A stretch of 20,000 bases of DNA. It comes from Spirogloea muscicola (taxonomy: Eukaryota). The notes below the pieces were generated by a model. That model saw only the letters and a list, made by a program, of their open reading frames with translations. It was not told where the DNA came from and made no database searches. Where the stretch lies: positions 2,013,912 through 2,033,911 of the forward strand of contig WELB01000002.1 of assembly GCA_009602725.1 (NCBI GenBank). Reading direction: 5' to 3'. Position 1 is the first letter of the stretch. The number at the start of each line of letters is the position of its first letter. The position numbers were made by a program, and so were the translations under genes. Below are positions 8,942 to 20,000 of the stretch, one piece after another.

Positions 8942-11900
8942 ATGGGGAGCCCCGCTGCCGGCGCCGCGCCGGAGGGCGGGCGCGGCGAGGAGCGGCAGGC
9001 GCAGGTGCGGTTCACGACGCAGCTGCCGCCGGCGCAGCGCGTGCCGGCGTCGTCCTTCGCCGTGCCGGCGCACCTGACGCGCTACGGCCTCTCCGAGGTC
9101 ATCAACACGCTGCTGGGCCTGGGTGAGCGCCTTGCCCGGCCCCGCCCGAGCCGCCGCCCCTGCTCTCGGCCGCTGGACCGGCAGCAGCTGAAGCCACGGC
9201 TGCCCCCGCGGCCGCAGACCCTCCCAGGCCCTTCGACTTCCTGGTGGAGGGCGAGCTGCTGCGCACGTCGCTGGAGAAGCTGCTGGTGGCCCGGAAGCTC
9301 TCAGCGGTCAGCCCGACCGCTCGGCAACCATAGCGTGGCTCCACCTCGCCTCTCTCCTGCCGCCCTTGCGCTTTGCACTTGACGAGCTGGCTGTGTTTTC
9401 AGCTGCTAGGATTGAGAGCCGCCACTGCGAAGGCCTGCCTTGCCTGGTGGGTGCTGATGGCTTGCGGGCCTTAGTTGGCCCTCCTCGTCAGACCGAGCTG
9501 ACAGTCCGATTTGCATGTGGGGCACAACAATGCAGGAAGCCACTGTAACGATTGAGTATGTGCCGGCGGTGGTCCCACCTGAGCAGCAGAACACACTTGT
9601 CCATCCCGACTGGGTCAGCGCGGTCTCGGGAAGGCTGCTAAGGTGGCCACTCTTTCCCCCCTGGCTGAACTGCTCTATCTCAAGTGTGTGCGATACCGCG
9701 CAGTCAGCGGACTGAGCCTTAGAGTGATGAAAGATAACATGCCTACCTTACCCAATTGCTGTCGAATGAGTTGCTGATTGACACAGTGCAAGTGCTACTG
9801 CATGCTTCCTGTGCTCAGTAGCTCGCTTACCCTCAGATCGTCGCCATCGCCCTGCACTTGACGGGTAGTTCATCTAAGATATCCAAGCCTCGCAAGCAGT
9901 GCTGACACGTATATCTTATCATGGGGGTCCTTCTTATATTGTGGTCTTGCAGTTACATCGTGAGTGGATCTTATGACTGCCTAGGACGGTCAGTACAGTC
10001 TACCACCCCGCTGCTCTGACATCTGCCCAGCTTACTTGCCTTGCCCCTACAAAGCAGTGTTGCAAGGCTGCTAAGGGTGCTCCGTCCTCTGCAGACTGTG
10101 GGATAGAGCAGGACATTGTGCCTGCACTCTGGCGGGCCACACGGACACAATTACTGGAATAGCGTACCTCTCCACCAGCGAACGAGAAGGTGAGCTCACA
10201 GTAATACATCCCCTTTAGTTCTTAGGTTTGCCGACAAACCTTCTTCAGTAAACGTCTAAGCTGTACTTCACTGTGGGGTTCCTTGCTTCTTGGCCTTGGT
10301 AATGCAGGTGTGAAGTGCAATGACATAGTGACATCTTCCAAGGACCACACTCTCCTCCTGTGGCAGGTTCTCTGAACTGTCTCTGACATGTCCTTTACAA
10401 AATGCATCCCTGTGCCACTGCTGTTGCTAAGGTCATGCTGTTGCATTTGCTGTTGCATCATCCTGAGACGCCTGATGGAAAGACTTCTGCTAGACTTTGA
10501 TGAAGGTGGCGGAGAAGGGAGCACCCGACAAAGTAGGCGCAGTCAAAGCATTTGTGGGCCACTCAGGGAGCGTGCAAAGCGTGGCTGCCAGTCCCTCGGG
10601 AGAGGAGGTGAAAATTTTTGTCTTCACTGTGAAGTCCTCAACTTCAACATCAACCTTATTGACACCTGTTGGCAAGCGGTGTATATTTGAAGCTCTTACC
10701 ACAGCCCTTGTCGATCTTTGAGTCTGGTCCTTCACACACTTCGTGGAGGACGTCTGGCATGAATGACGGACCTCCGACAAAGTGGTCTGACTTGCTCAGA
10801 TTTGCAGTGGATCCTGGGACTGCACCATAAAGCTATGGCAGTCTCGCGGCCACTCTGAAGATCCATCGACCAATGATGATGTCGCTGCAAAGAAGCGCCG
10901 TATCAAAGGCGGGGCAGCCCAGGAGATGAATGCACCTGTAGAGGTTCGCCTTTCCGACCAAGACTGTCCCAGTGGCAATCTGTGGACTTGGTTGCAAGGG
11001 AGATGTCACAGGGCTAGTATTCACTCGGCGATCATGAGTCCGGGGTTAATGAGGTAGCTGCTGCTGTAAGCTGGATCCTTAGGCAGGATGCTGAGCTGCG
11101 ACTCATCACGTTGTCCCTACCTCATCTTCAGGCTGGCCCTCAAGGAACCTTTGAAGGCCATACACAATGCGTGTCTGCTGTCACGTGGCCAGAGAGAGAG
11201 TCTATCTATTCCGCCTCCTGGGACCATTCCTTGCGGACTTGGAACACGACAACGGGTGCCAATGTGGCTACTATAGTGGGCTCTCTCTCCCCAGACAACG
11301 CCGTGTGCCTTGCTACCCTACTCTCAGCTGATGTAGAAGCTTACTCGATATTCCAAGTGACCTTTTGGACTGGAAAGTAACTCTCCTTCACATTTGCACC
11401 CTCTTGGTGGCCCACAGGAAACAGGCAGAGCACTCCACTGCCTTGATGTTGGGGGCGACAGTGCCGCGCTGCTTGCTGCTGGTGGTGCGGATAGCACATT
11501 GCGCATCTGGGACCCTCGCGTAGCGAGTAAGTGATGAGTGCCATCATATGCTCAATGGAGTGGCTCTTCTTATTGCTCCCTCAGGTCATGTGCCGCACAT
11601 GCAACAGGCATAGCAGCTGCAAATTCAGGTTCTTAGTCCTGCAAAGCACGTCAATGTGAACCAGAGAGCTTCTGCAGGCTGTACTGAGTCGCCATTCCTA
11701 ACCTGGCAGATTCAATAACCCCGGCTATGCAGCTGGTGGCCCATCGGGGTTGGCTCACGGCCATCAAATGGCAAGTCACTTTCGCATGCTCGCTCTTGAC
11801 ATGCTGAAGCTCAACTACACCTGTTGCGGGTTAGCTTTGCACCTGCAGTCTTCCACTAGATCCCCAGCTTTTACCTTTCTTATAACATGGTCACTCAAAG

Positions 11901-12595
11901 CGATCCATGTGCAGCTGATTTGTAAATTGACCTTGGAGAGAGCAGGTGCCCTTGGTCAGAGTACCAATTGTTATCAGCATCACACGACTGTACTGTGAGG
12001 CTGTGGGACACGCGCAGCAAGGTAAGCCTCGTACAGGTGTTGCCTAGGCCTGCAGATGCAGTCCCAAAAGCTTCTCCTCGGCTCTGGCTCCATTTGTGAC
12101 TGCAGGCGAGGCATGCGAAAGGCGTGATTGTGAGATATCCATGGAGCACCCATCTGAGATCGTTCGTTCACTGTACGCGTGTGCTGCTCGTTGCCTGGCA
12201 GGTTCCACTCCACACGCTGGACACCCACAAGGACAAGGTGAGTGCCGGAGAGCGCGCCACCGTGCTCCCTCCTCGACCGCGACGATCCTAATCCCAGCAC
12301 ACTCCGCTCGCCGGCCGTCCGTGGCGCTCGTCTGGCTCGTCGGCACGGCCAGCCGGTGCGCTCGGCCGCGCCGGCAGGCGGAGGTCGGGCTGGGCAGAGG
12401 TGGCTGCGAATGGTTTGGCGCGGGGCGTGGCAAACTCCTTACGTCGTCTCGTGTCATGCGTGAAGGAGCACCCGAGCGGCAGTTCGCCCCATGTGTGTCG
12501 CGCAGGTGCTGTGCGCGGACTGGTGGCGCGGCGACAGCGTCGTCGCCGGCGGCTGCGACGGCGCGCTGGGCGTTCTGGCGGCGCCCGGCGCCTGA
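8942..12595 (+). CDS. WDR12: Ribosome biogenesis protein WDR12/Ytm1 (NLE domain + WD40 repeats), multi-exon
   Basis: QVRFTT...FAVPAHLTRYGLSEVINTLL, PFDFLVEGELLRTSL, IEYVPAVVPP, HPDWVSAV, IVSGSYD, SGSWDCTIKLW, GHTQCVSAVTW, YSASWDHSLRTW, LRIWDPR, LLSASHDCTVRLWDTRS, HKDKVLCADW. The exons splice in frame to TGA at 12593-12595. Confidence 0.95.
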
Positions 12596-12600
12596 CGCCG

Positions 12601-12795
<195 letters not shown>

Positions 12796-12821
12796 GCCGC
12801 GCCCTGCGAGGCCGCGCCGTC

Positions 12822-14439
12822 ATGGCCGGCGGCCGCGCCGGCGCGGCGGGGCGCCTCTGCCATCCCGCTGCCGCCTCCCGCACCACCTGCCTGGACGCGC
12901 TGCCTGCCGAGGTCGCTCTGCACATCCTGTCTGCGCTGAGCCCCCGGGACCTCGCCCTCGCAGCACAAGGTACGCACACGCCACCGGCAGAAACAGTCGA
13001 CCTCGGTTCAAAGCGCCTCGCTTTGAAACTGCGATTTGCACATTTCGTTGACTCGGAGCAGCTGCTGAAGGACGCTCGCGGCGGCCTTGGCTCTTCTCTC
13101 ATTGCTGGACGCTGCTGCTGCTGGCCTGTGGCAGTCTGTAGGTCATGGTTCTATGCCTGCTCCTCGCAAGGCTTGTGGCAGCAGCTCTTCCAACAACGAT
13201 GGGGCTTTCGCGATCTCAAACCCTCTTCAGGATTGCCACATCAAGAGAGCAACTGGAAGGCTGCATATGCCAAGGAAGCAAGGTTACAACGCTTTGGCAG
13301 GTTGGTTTCAGCTCAAAGCTGCTGCGCTGCGATTAAGCTTAGATTACATGCCTATGTACATTGAGCTCAGAGACTCCTGCAGCTGTATCAAGGATACTCC
13401 TGTCAGCAGCCATGTCCACTTCTGTTTCTGTCAACAAGCCTCTCACCAGTCTGCATCACCCTTTCACCTTCCCTGAGCCTGTCTTTGTGCCTCTTTCAAC
13501 TTGGTCTTCATCTTCTTGCTCATCAGCCGCAGCAACCAATGCCCCCTTCCCTCTACACCCTCAAGCATACACTAACCATCACCAGCACCCTTGCGCCATT
13601 GTCTCCCTCATCTTTTAGTACTAGTGCAGTTGATAATCTACATTCGGATCATCCTCTCGATAAGGGTTAACACCGAGCACACGTGTTGTTGGTAGTTGTT
13701 CTTATTCCTGCGTGATGTCCGTATACCCCAAGTATTGAAATTTATCTTTGCACTTCTTGCTCATTGACATGACTGGGAAGCTGTCAGATCATCCAACAAG
13801 CTTAGTCCTAGTTCTTGCAGGGGCACGACGATAAGCAGAGAAGGTAATTACTATATATTGGTGAGTGATGGGGTCATCATCAGGGACTTTGGGGCGTTCC
13901 CAGGCTGTGGTGAACCTTCACTGGCTGGCTTGAGTGCGGTGGCTGCATGTGCAGAGGTACTGGTTTCGTCAAGCAGTTGCTTAAGGCGTGTGAGTCTCAC
14001 ATGCGTATCACTCGCCCGTGTTATAGTCTGGTACTGGCTGGGTTTGGTGCAGCTCTGCTGCTTTACGTGTGGAAAGGCTAGTGAAGTACATGCAGTTCCT
14101 GGTGTGCAGGTACATCATAGACAAGATTCTGTTCCCGCCCATGGTGCTTCCACCCAGAACTCGAAGTGCACATGGCTGGCAAGCTGTGCAGACCCCTATA
14201 GTTGCTGTGACTCGATGACTGCTTCGAAACTGGACAGAGACACCCAATCATTGGGGGTGCCTGCCTCCCCTTCATGCTGCAGCCTTGGCACTTCAAGTGA
14301 AGATGTTCTGGCAAGCCCGGTCCCAGTGCTGAGCTCACGCCTGGTAGCATCGTTAGCTTGCCCTGGGCTGTTTGAGAGGATGCTTGTCTTTGCGGGCGAC
14401 CTTGATGCCGCAAGGCGAGCAGCGGAAGTGCAGGCGTGA
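12822..14439 (+). CDS. F-box domain protein; 3' exon structure tentative
   Basis: Exon 12822-12969 LDALPAEVALHILSALSPRDLALAAQ and exon 13135-13300 VCRSWFYACSSQGLWQQLFQQRW...WKAAY form a canonical F-box. A probable micro-exon 13821-13843 leads into the open frame ending ...DLDAARRAAEVQA* at 14439. Confidence 0.75.
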
Positions 14440-14499
14440 GATTTGCCAGGCGGGGCTGGAATCGGTGAACAGAGCTTGCAGTGGTCGGACGAAAATGGG

Positions 14500-15735
14500 C
14501 AAGGGAAGGGAGGGTGGTGATGCTGCACGGCGGGTGGAGCTGGGCACGCGACTTCACGCCGCCGTTGATGGAGAGAAGGCGCGCCCGGTGGCGCGCGGAA
14601 ACGATAGGGTGGTCAATACAAGCCGGTACACAGTCCAGGCGGAAACTAGTGCAAAAAGTGGGCTTACGCAAAACGAAGCCCAATGCTCAGTGGCTGAGAT
14701 AGGATAAATGGCTCTCCCAAAGGGGGCAAGGGCAAGAAGGGGGTGGTGGAGGCCGGACGGTCCCAGGAACTTGTGAACTCGCTGCCAGCTCCTCGTGATT
14801 CTGGCGATTGTGGCAGTGATAGGCATGGACTGGCAGCCCTCTCGTATTGAAACGTTGCTGGCATACTGGGCAGGCGACTCTCTGGTCTGGCGCATTTGGG
14901 AGGCGCGTGTGGACTGGGCTCAGGTCGTGAGACCGACCCTGCCGACGGCGAGGTCGTTCTTGATGGTCACCAGCTGGATGGCGTCTCACAATAACAGATC
15001 GAGGCAGCAAGGGAGGTGGAGGTACGGGTAGAGATAACAGGGGAGGTAGAGGAGGCAATGATGGCGGCGGCACTGGTGGTGGTGGTGGTGGTGGAGCAGG
15101 TCGTGGTGGTGGTGGTGGTGGTGGTGGCGGCGGCTCCGGGGCGGGGACTGGTGCAGGCACTGGTAAGTGCACAGCTGGAGCTTGGGGAAGAGATGGGCAT
15201 TGCCTTCGAGAGTAGATGCAGCAGACTTCGCGGCCGGCAGGAAAGAAAGGGCCCGTCCGCAGTAGAGGAGTCGCTTGACTGTGCCGGGCTGATGACCATT
15301 CCGACTCGGGGGTCCATGTTGGGGGCCTCGGACTCTGCATCCGAGGAGGCCGAGCGGGGGTCCGCAAGCCGAGCTATCTCATCAGGAGCAGGGACTGCAG
15401 GGAGGGGCTCGGGCTCCACAGCCGTCGTCGGGGAGGAGCGTGAAGAAGCTGAAGGGGGCGTTGAAGGAGTGGGAAGGTCGGCCACTGAGGCAATAGCAGC
15501 CCTCGTTGCAGCAGTCGAGCTGCGGGTGCCGTAAGGGGGCGAGGGGCGCGCCGCGACCTCTGGCAGCCGCCGCCTTGGCGGTGGGGTTGGCCAGCGGGCG
15601 GTGGGCGGTGGGCGGCGGCGAGCGGCCGCGGGGGGGGGTGGCCGGGGGGGGGCAGGTGGAGCCGTTTCAGGGAAATTTTCGTTCATTTGAAACAACAAAC
15701 AAAGGCCAAATTGGCCAAGTACAGAGGCAAGCACA
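14500..15735 (-). mobile_element. Possible decayed 5' fragment of a non-LTR retrotransposon (C2H2 zinc finger ORF)
   Basis: Intronless Pro/Ser/Thr low-complexity ORFs in shifting frames leading to CPVCQQRFNTRGLPVHAYHCH. An in-frame TGA at 14689-14687 is followed by further open frame. No RT motifs are visible. Confidence 0.35.
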
Positions 15736-15962
15736 TCTGAAGACGTACTTCACCTTTTTCATGGGGTTCNGCTCGCAGCCCGCCGCCGCCGCCGCCATCG
15801 CCCCGCGCGCCTGCCCGCGCGAAGCTCGCTTGCGCGGCAGTGCGCAGGCGAGAGGCTCCTCCCGTGCGCCCTGCCACTGCCCTGCCCCGCCGCTGCGCCC
15901 TCGCCTGCCCAAGCCTGCGCCTGCTCACCTCGGCAGCGCGGACCGGCGTGCCACCGGGGGCC

Positions 15963-18462
15963 ATGGCCGCGACGAGCTTTCCCCCGGGCCTCTACCCCGC
16001 CCACGCCACCAAGTCCATCCACCTGGTACCGCCCCCAAGCCGCAGGAAGCCCAGCAGGCCCACCTCCCGCCACATGGCGTCCTTGAAACGAGAGATCAGA
16101 GAGATCTCTTCTGTCGGAAACCCTACAAAATCAATCGAGGTTCTACAGTTACAAGAGAAGCAGCAAGGAGTACCTTGTAGTATCAGAAGATCGCTGCAAC
16201 GGACCTAGCGCGCCAATGGAGCTAAGCCCAGCTGATAGTCAGAGTGTGTGCGCTGGTCGCGTAGTTGCATTGACAAGTGAGTGCCCGCCTGTGGCACGTC
16301 ACAAGCAGATCCGCCACGGGCAGGGCTTCCACAATGTGGCAGGCGAGACGGACTATGGCGCATACATGTCAGCCGAGTACTTCGATGCGGCATTGACGCC
16401 GATGGGTTGGCAGCAGGTACTTTACAACTGCATGATTCTGTGGTGCCAGCTGCAGTGCAAACCAGAACGTACGCAAGAAACGTTGGAAAAGCCACAATGT
16501 AGACTCGGTGACTGCTGAGTGTCGATTGCTGACGTGGGACGAGCCGTTTTGCTACCCTGTTGGCCTTGTGGATTGTCGGCTTCATGTCGACCTGCAGAGG
16601 AAGAGCTTGTAGAGGCAGTGAGCTCTTACCCCTAGGCCTGTCCTCTTGGTCTAGCAGCAAGATATACCACACTGCTACTTGTCCTCACGCAGACTTCTTT
16701 GCAACACTGAAGCATCTGCAGAGTACTCTTGTGAGTGCTGCAGACAACAGCACTGAAGAATCACATCCAGAACCTCCCAGGCGGTCTGCCGGTTGACTTG
16801 GTGGTGGTTTCGCCGCTGATGAGGTAGATCCACGTGCTTGGTCATTTGCCTTGGCGGCTTTGAGCTGCACACTAGTCCCACGACCGGTAATGAAGTCATA
16901 GCATGCTGCTGCATATGCATTTATTACGAGGTAGGCAGGAAAGGCATGCTAGCATGTGCAACTCTGTGCTTAATCTGGAGTCTCTGTACCTTGATCAGTG
17001 ATGCGTTGGGTCGGGCCACCTTTTGAACAGGACGATGCAGACAGCTGCTGGAGTGTTTGGGAGTGGCAAGGTGGTGGATGGGGACTCTCAAATTCCACTT
17101 ATGGTGTCCAATGTGGGGAAGAGCGAAGTGGGCCCCATCTCCAGCAAAGGCTGCCCTCCCTTTGTGGCAGTTGAGATGTGCCGAGAGCATTTGGTACGCC
17201 CCACAGCCTCCATGCAAAGCTCTTCATACCTTCTTGAGCTCTGTGCTACCATTTTGCATGCACCAGATTCTTACAGTATGCGAAGCTTGCTTGTTCCAGG
17301 GAATGCATCCTTGTGACAGGCGGAATACATTGACCGCTTATCAAGACCAATTTCCGGGTATTGACTTCTCACTGGTGAGATTATTTCATCATTCTTGTCT
17401 TTTGTATTTGGTTGTCGATATCAATGAGGATTGAGATCCTTATAATCTGAGCTTATATCTTACTATTCAAAATCATTTCATTGGCAGGTGGAAACAGACG
17501 AAGATACTTGGTGGCAAGCTGATGTGAGAGAGAGTGAAGAGCAACTAACTACCAGAGGTCAGCTTTTCTGCCAATGGTGAGTGGTGTCAATGGGTTGTTA
17601 GAGGTATGGCCTAACATGCAGCACGTGTGTGAAGGCCAATGTACTTGTGAAGGTGACAAGCACATGGCTCCTTGTTGAAAGTACCTCTTCATCAGTACAT
17701 GTTAAATTCCTCTAGCATGACTTAACCCTGCTCCCAGTAGTGCAGGTTGATGAAGCGGAACGAGAGGAACATTGCAGTGGTCTCTCATAGCAGCTTCCTT
17801 CTACACATGCTATCCTTATTCGGACATGATTGTGAAGCAAACATCAGGAGGTCAATTCAGCAAGGGTGAGGGCAGCCAGCTATAATAAGCCTCAAAATTG
17901 TACGTGTGGATCTGTAGTGCTTCTCTCGTCGCATAGTGATACTGACATTGTGTGCCCCTTTGTACATGGTCACTGCCTTCAACAATCCCTACTGATCGCT
18001 GTGGCTCACGGCCATGCCTGTTAGGGTCTTGCAAGGCAAAGTGTCTGTCTTGTGCCAAGCCAGAATAGCTCATGACATGCTGACCAGCCCCATATCTGCT
18101 GACCAGGTATGCCAATTGCGAGATGCGCTCTGTCATCCTTGTGAATCGCAGGTGTGTGCCTGTTATCACAATTCTCTCTTATCCTCCAAAATAACATCTT
18201 ATTTGTGCAGTGTAACTTTAACGTGGAGTTGCGTTTCAGGCCTAATTGGCTCTAGTTTGACAGAGTGGCATGATAATATGTGGCATGCTATGTGACTGCT
18301 CGCCAGTCCCAGGCAGTGAACCTGCATGTGCATTCACTGATTTGCAGCAATGTGATCTCCCCGCATCACAAATTAGACTTTCCTGGAGGCCCTGGTCCGG
18401 ACAAGTCTAGCAATACTGCAGACAAGGAGGTGATGGCAAATGGTAATGTTGGTCAGATCTGA
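15963..18462 (+). CDS. Phosphoglycerate mutase-like protein (histidine phosphatase superfamily, plant type), multi-exon
   Basis: LYPAHATKSIHL|IRHGQGFHNVAG...DAALTPMGWQQ, VVVSPLMRTMQTAAGVFG, PPFVAVEMCREHLGMHPCDRR, FPGIDFSL|VETDED, IAVVSHSSFL, YANCEMRS, LDFPGG. Stop at 18460-18462. Confidence 0.93.
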
Positions 18463-19122
18463 CCTGTAGTGGTTAGCCCACATTAATGTCTGCTTCTCCT
18501 GCAAGGCCGCAAGAACCATACTGAGGACTTTCGTCTCGTGCTGAAGCCTCAGTCTGTTAGTCTTTCATCATACTGTCCAGTCAGTTTAGGCTGATAACTA
18601 CACCAGTGGTGGCATTACATGGCCTTCTGACTCGTGACCTCAATGGTCAAAAGGTATCATTGCAGATGGTCAAGAAGAGCTACACTTGCATGCTACCGTG
18701 ACTCTGGTAGATTGAACTACACAAAAGTAGTTGTTCGCTTTAAGGCAGCAAGGTGCAGAGTGAGCTCGGCAGTGTGGCTCATGGTAGTGTGCATACATAG
18801 AGGGGGGAACCGAATATGATAGGCTACGTGACTGCTGTGAGCAAGCTAGGGCCGCGAGTCCAATAGCTTATCATATGAGTTGAATCCTCGCATGGTACTC
18901 ATTCAAAAGGTCTTCCATTGTATAATCAGTGGACATGGCTGTCTTGGTACCGAGCATGCTTGCCCACCATTGCTCCACTTGATGCCAACCCCTCTTCAAG
19001 CACTGGCAGCTGAAACGAGGACCAATCATCCAATAAGGTGGCGCTAAAGGGAGGCAACTCCTATAAGCGTTGGAAGCACAATCACAATGAGAGGCATACG
19101 CCACGGACAATGAGGAAAGCGT

Positions 19123-19549
19123 CTAGGAGTGAGTGTCCCTCTTCTTCTTCTTCTTCTTTGAGGAGTGGGTCTCAGTGGGCTTTGCAGCTGCATGGAGCAC
19201 ATCCTCGGGGCTAGCACCCTTGCCTGGCTTGGCAGTGGTAGAAGGCGGCGCAACTTCAGTGGAGCCATTCACGGGGAGCTTGTGAACGTCATCTGGGGGC
19301 TGCGCAAGAGCTTCGCTGTACATCATGGGCTTGTCCGGCTCTCGCACCGAGATGGGCTTCCCCTCCTCGGTCGTGGCGGCCACCTCCACCTCGTGCTTGA
19401 CCTCCTCGTGCTCTGGCCTCCGGGACTTCTCGGGTTGCTCGGACTCCTGGGGCTCTTGCTGCGGCTCCGATTCGGGCTCGTGCTTCGCTACCTCGGCCTC
19501 GGGCTCGGGCTCAGCCTCAGGCTCGGCCTCTGGCTCGGCTTCGGCCTCG

Positions 19550-19580
<31 letters not shown>

Positions 19581-20000
19581 GCTCGAGCTCGGGCTCGGGC
19601 TCCTTGGGCTTGCGCTCCGGCTCCGGCGCACCCTTGGCAGGCTCAACCTCGGGGTGATCCTTGGGGGCGAGAGCGGCGTCGTTGAAAGCGCTGGTAGTGG
19701 CGGCGTCCAGCAGCGATTTGGCCACCTGCTCGAGGGACTGCGAGCTCAGCTCCGTCTCGTCGAGGCCGTCGGGGGTCTCGACCACCTCTACCTCGGCGAG
19801 CAGCAGCGACGTCTGGTGGGGCGGCGCGACGGCGTCGCGGAGGGCCTGGGCGGGCGCGGAGAGGGAGGCCACCAGGCGGCGGCTGATGGCGCTGTCGGGG
19901 CGCAGGAGCGCGGTGGCGGCGGCGACGTAGAGCGCGGCGCAGAGGGGCAGCGCCAGCAGCGCCAGCGCCCAGGCGGCGGCCAGGAAAAGCAGCGCGGCGC
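19123..20000 (-). CDS. 3' part of an unknown membrane protein with a hydrophobic segment, a Glu/Pro-rich linker and a polybasic C-terminus
   Basis: Frame is open from the window edge ([25 protein letters not shown]...) through (EP)n/(EAEP)n to [12 protein letters not shown], with strong GC3 codon bias. Confidence 0.8.
19490..19602. repeat. Coding hexamer tandem repeat (GCTCGG)n encoding Glu-Pro/Glu-Ala
   Basis: Directly visible imperfect 6-bp repeat. Confidence 0.85.

Noticed and set aside
9723..9777. C/D snoRNA (GTGATGA...CTGA) in a WDR12 intron
   Set aside because: Only about 55 nt, with no terminal stem and no recognisable rRNA antisense element.
14077..14109. Additional GC-AG intron in the F-box gene
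   Set aside because: It would be only 33 nt, and the frame reads through without a stop.

Overview
Eukaryotic nuclear DNA from a gene-dense, intron-rich genome, most likely green lineage (plant/streptophyte-alga-like RPS4 and phosphoglycerate-mutase-like proteins). The ORF track is mostly noise because the real genes are spliced, so I rebuilt them by hand from splice sites and reading frame. In order: 3' end of a Pro-rich gene (+); a complete 14-exon TPR + metallo-beta-lactamase (glyoxalase II-like) fusion gene (-); RPS4 (-, first coding exon(s) missing at a gap); 5' end of a GFA/CENP-V family gene (-); WDR12/Ytm1 (+); an F-box gene (+); a decayed C2H2-zinc-finger ORF that may be a non-LTR retrotransposon fragment (-); a phosphoglycerate-mutase-like gene (+); and the 3' part of a Glu/Pro-rich membrane protein gene (-). 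Three single Ns (8365, 12727, 15770) mark scaffold joins. The most interesting signals are the TPR-MBL fusion, a tandem pair of structured H/ACA-like elements in its fourth intron, an H/ACA snoRNA candidate in an RPS4 intron, a three-copy hairpin motif in the 5.1-5.75 kb intergenic region, and several GC-AG introns.
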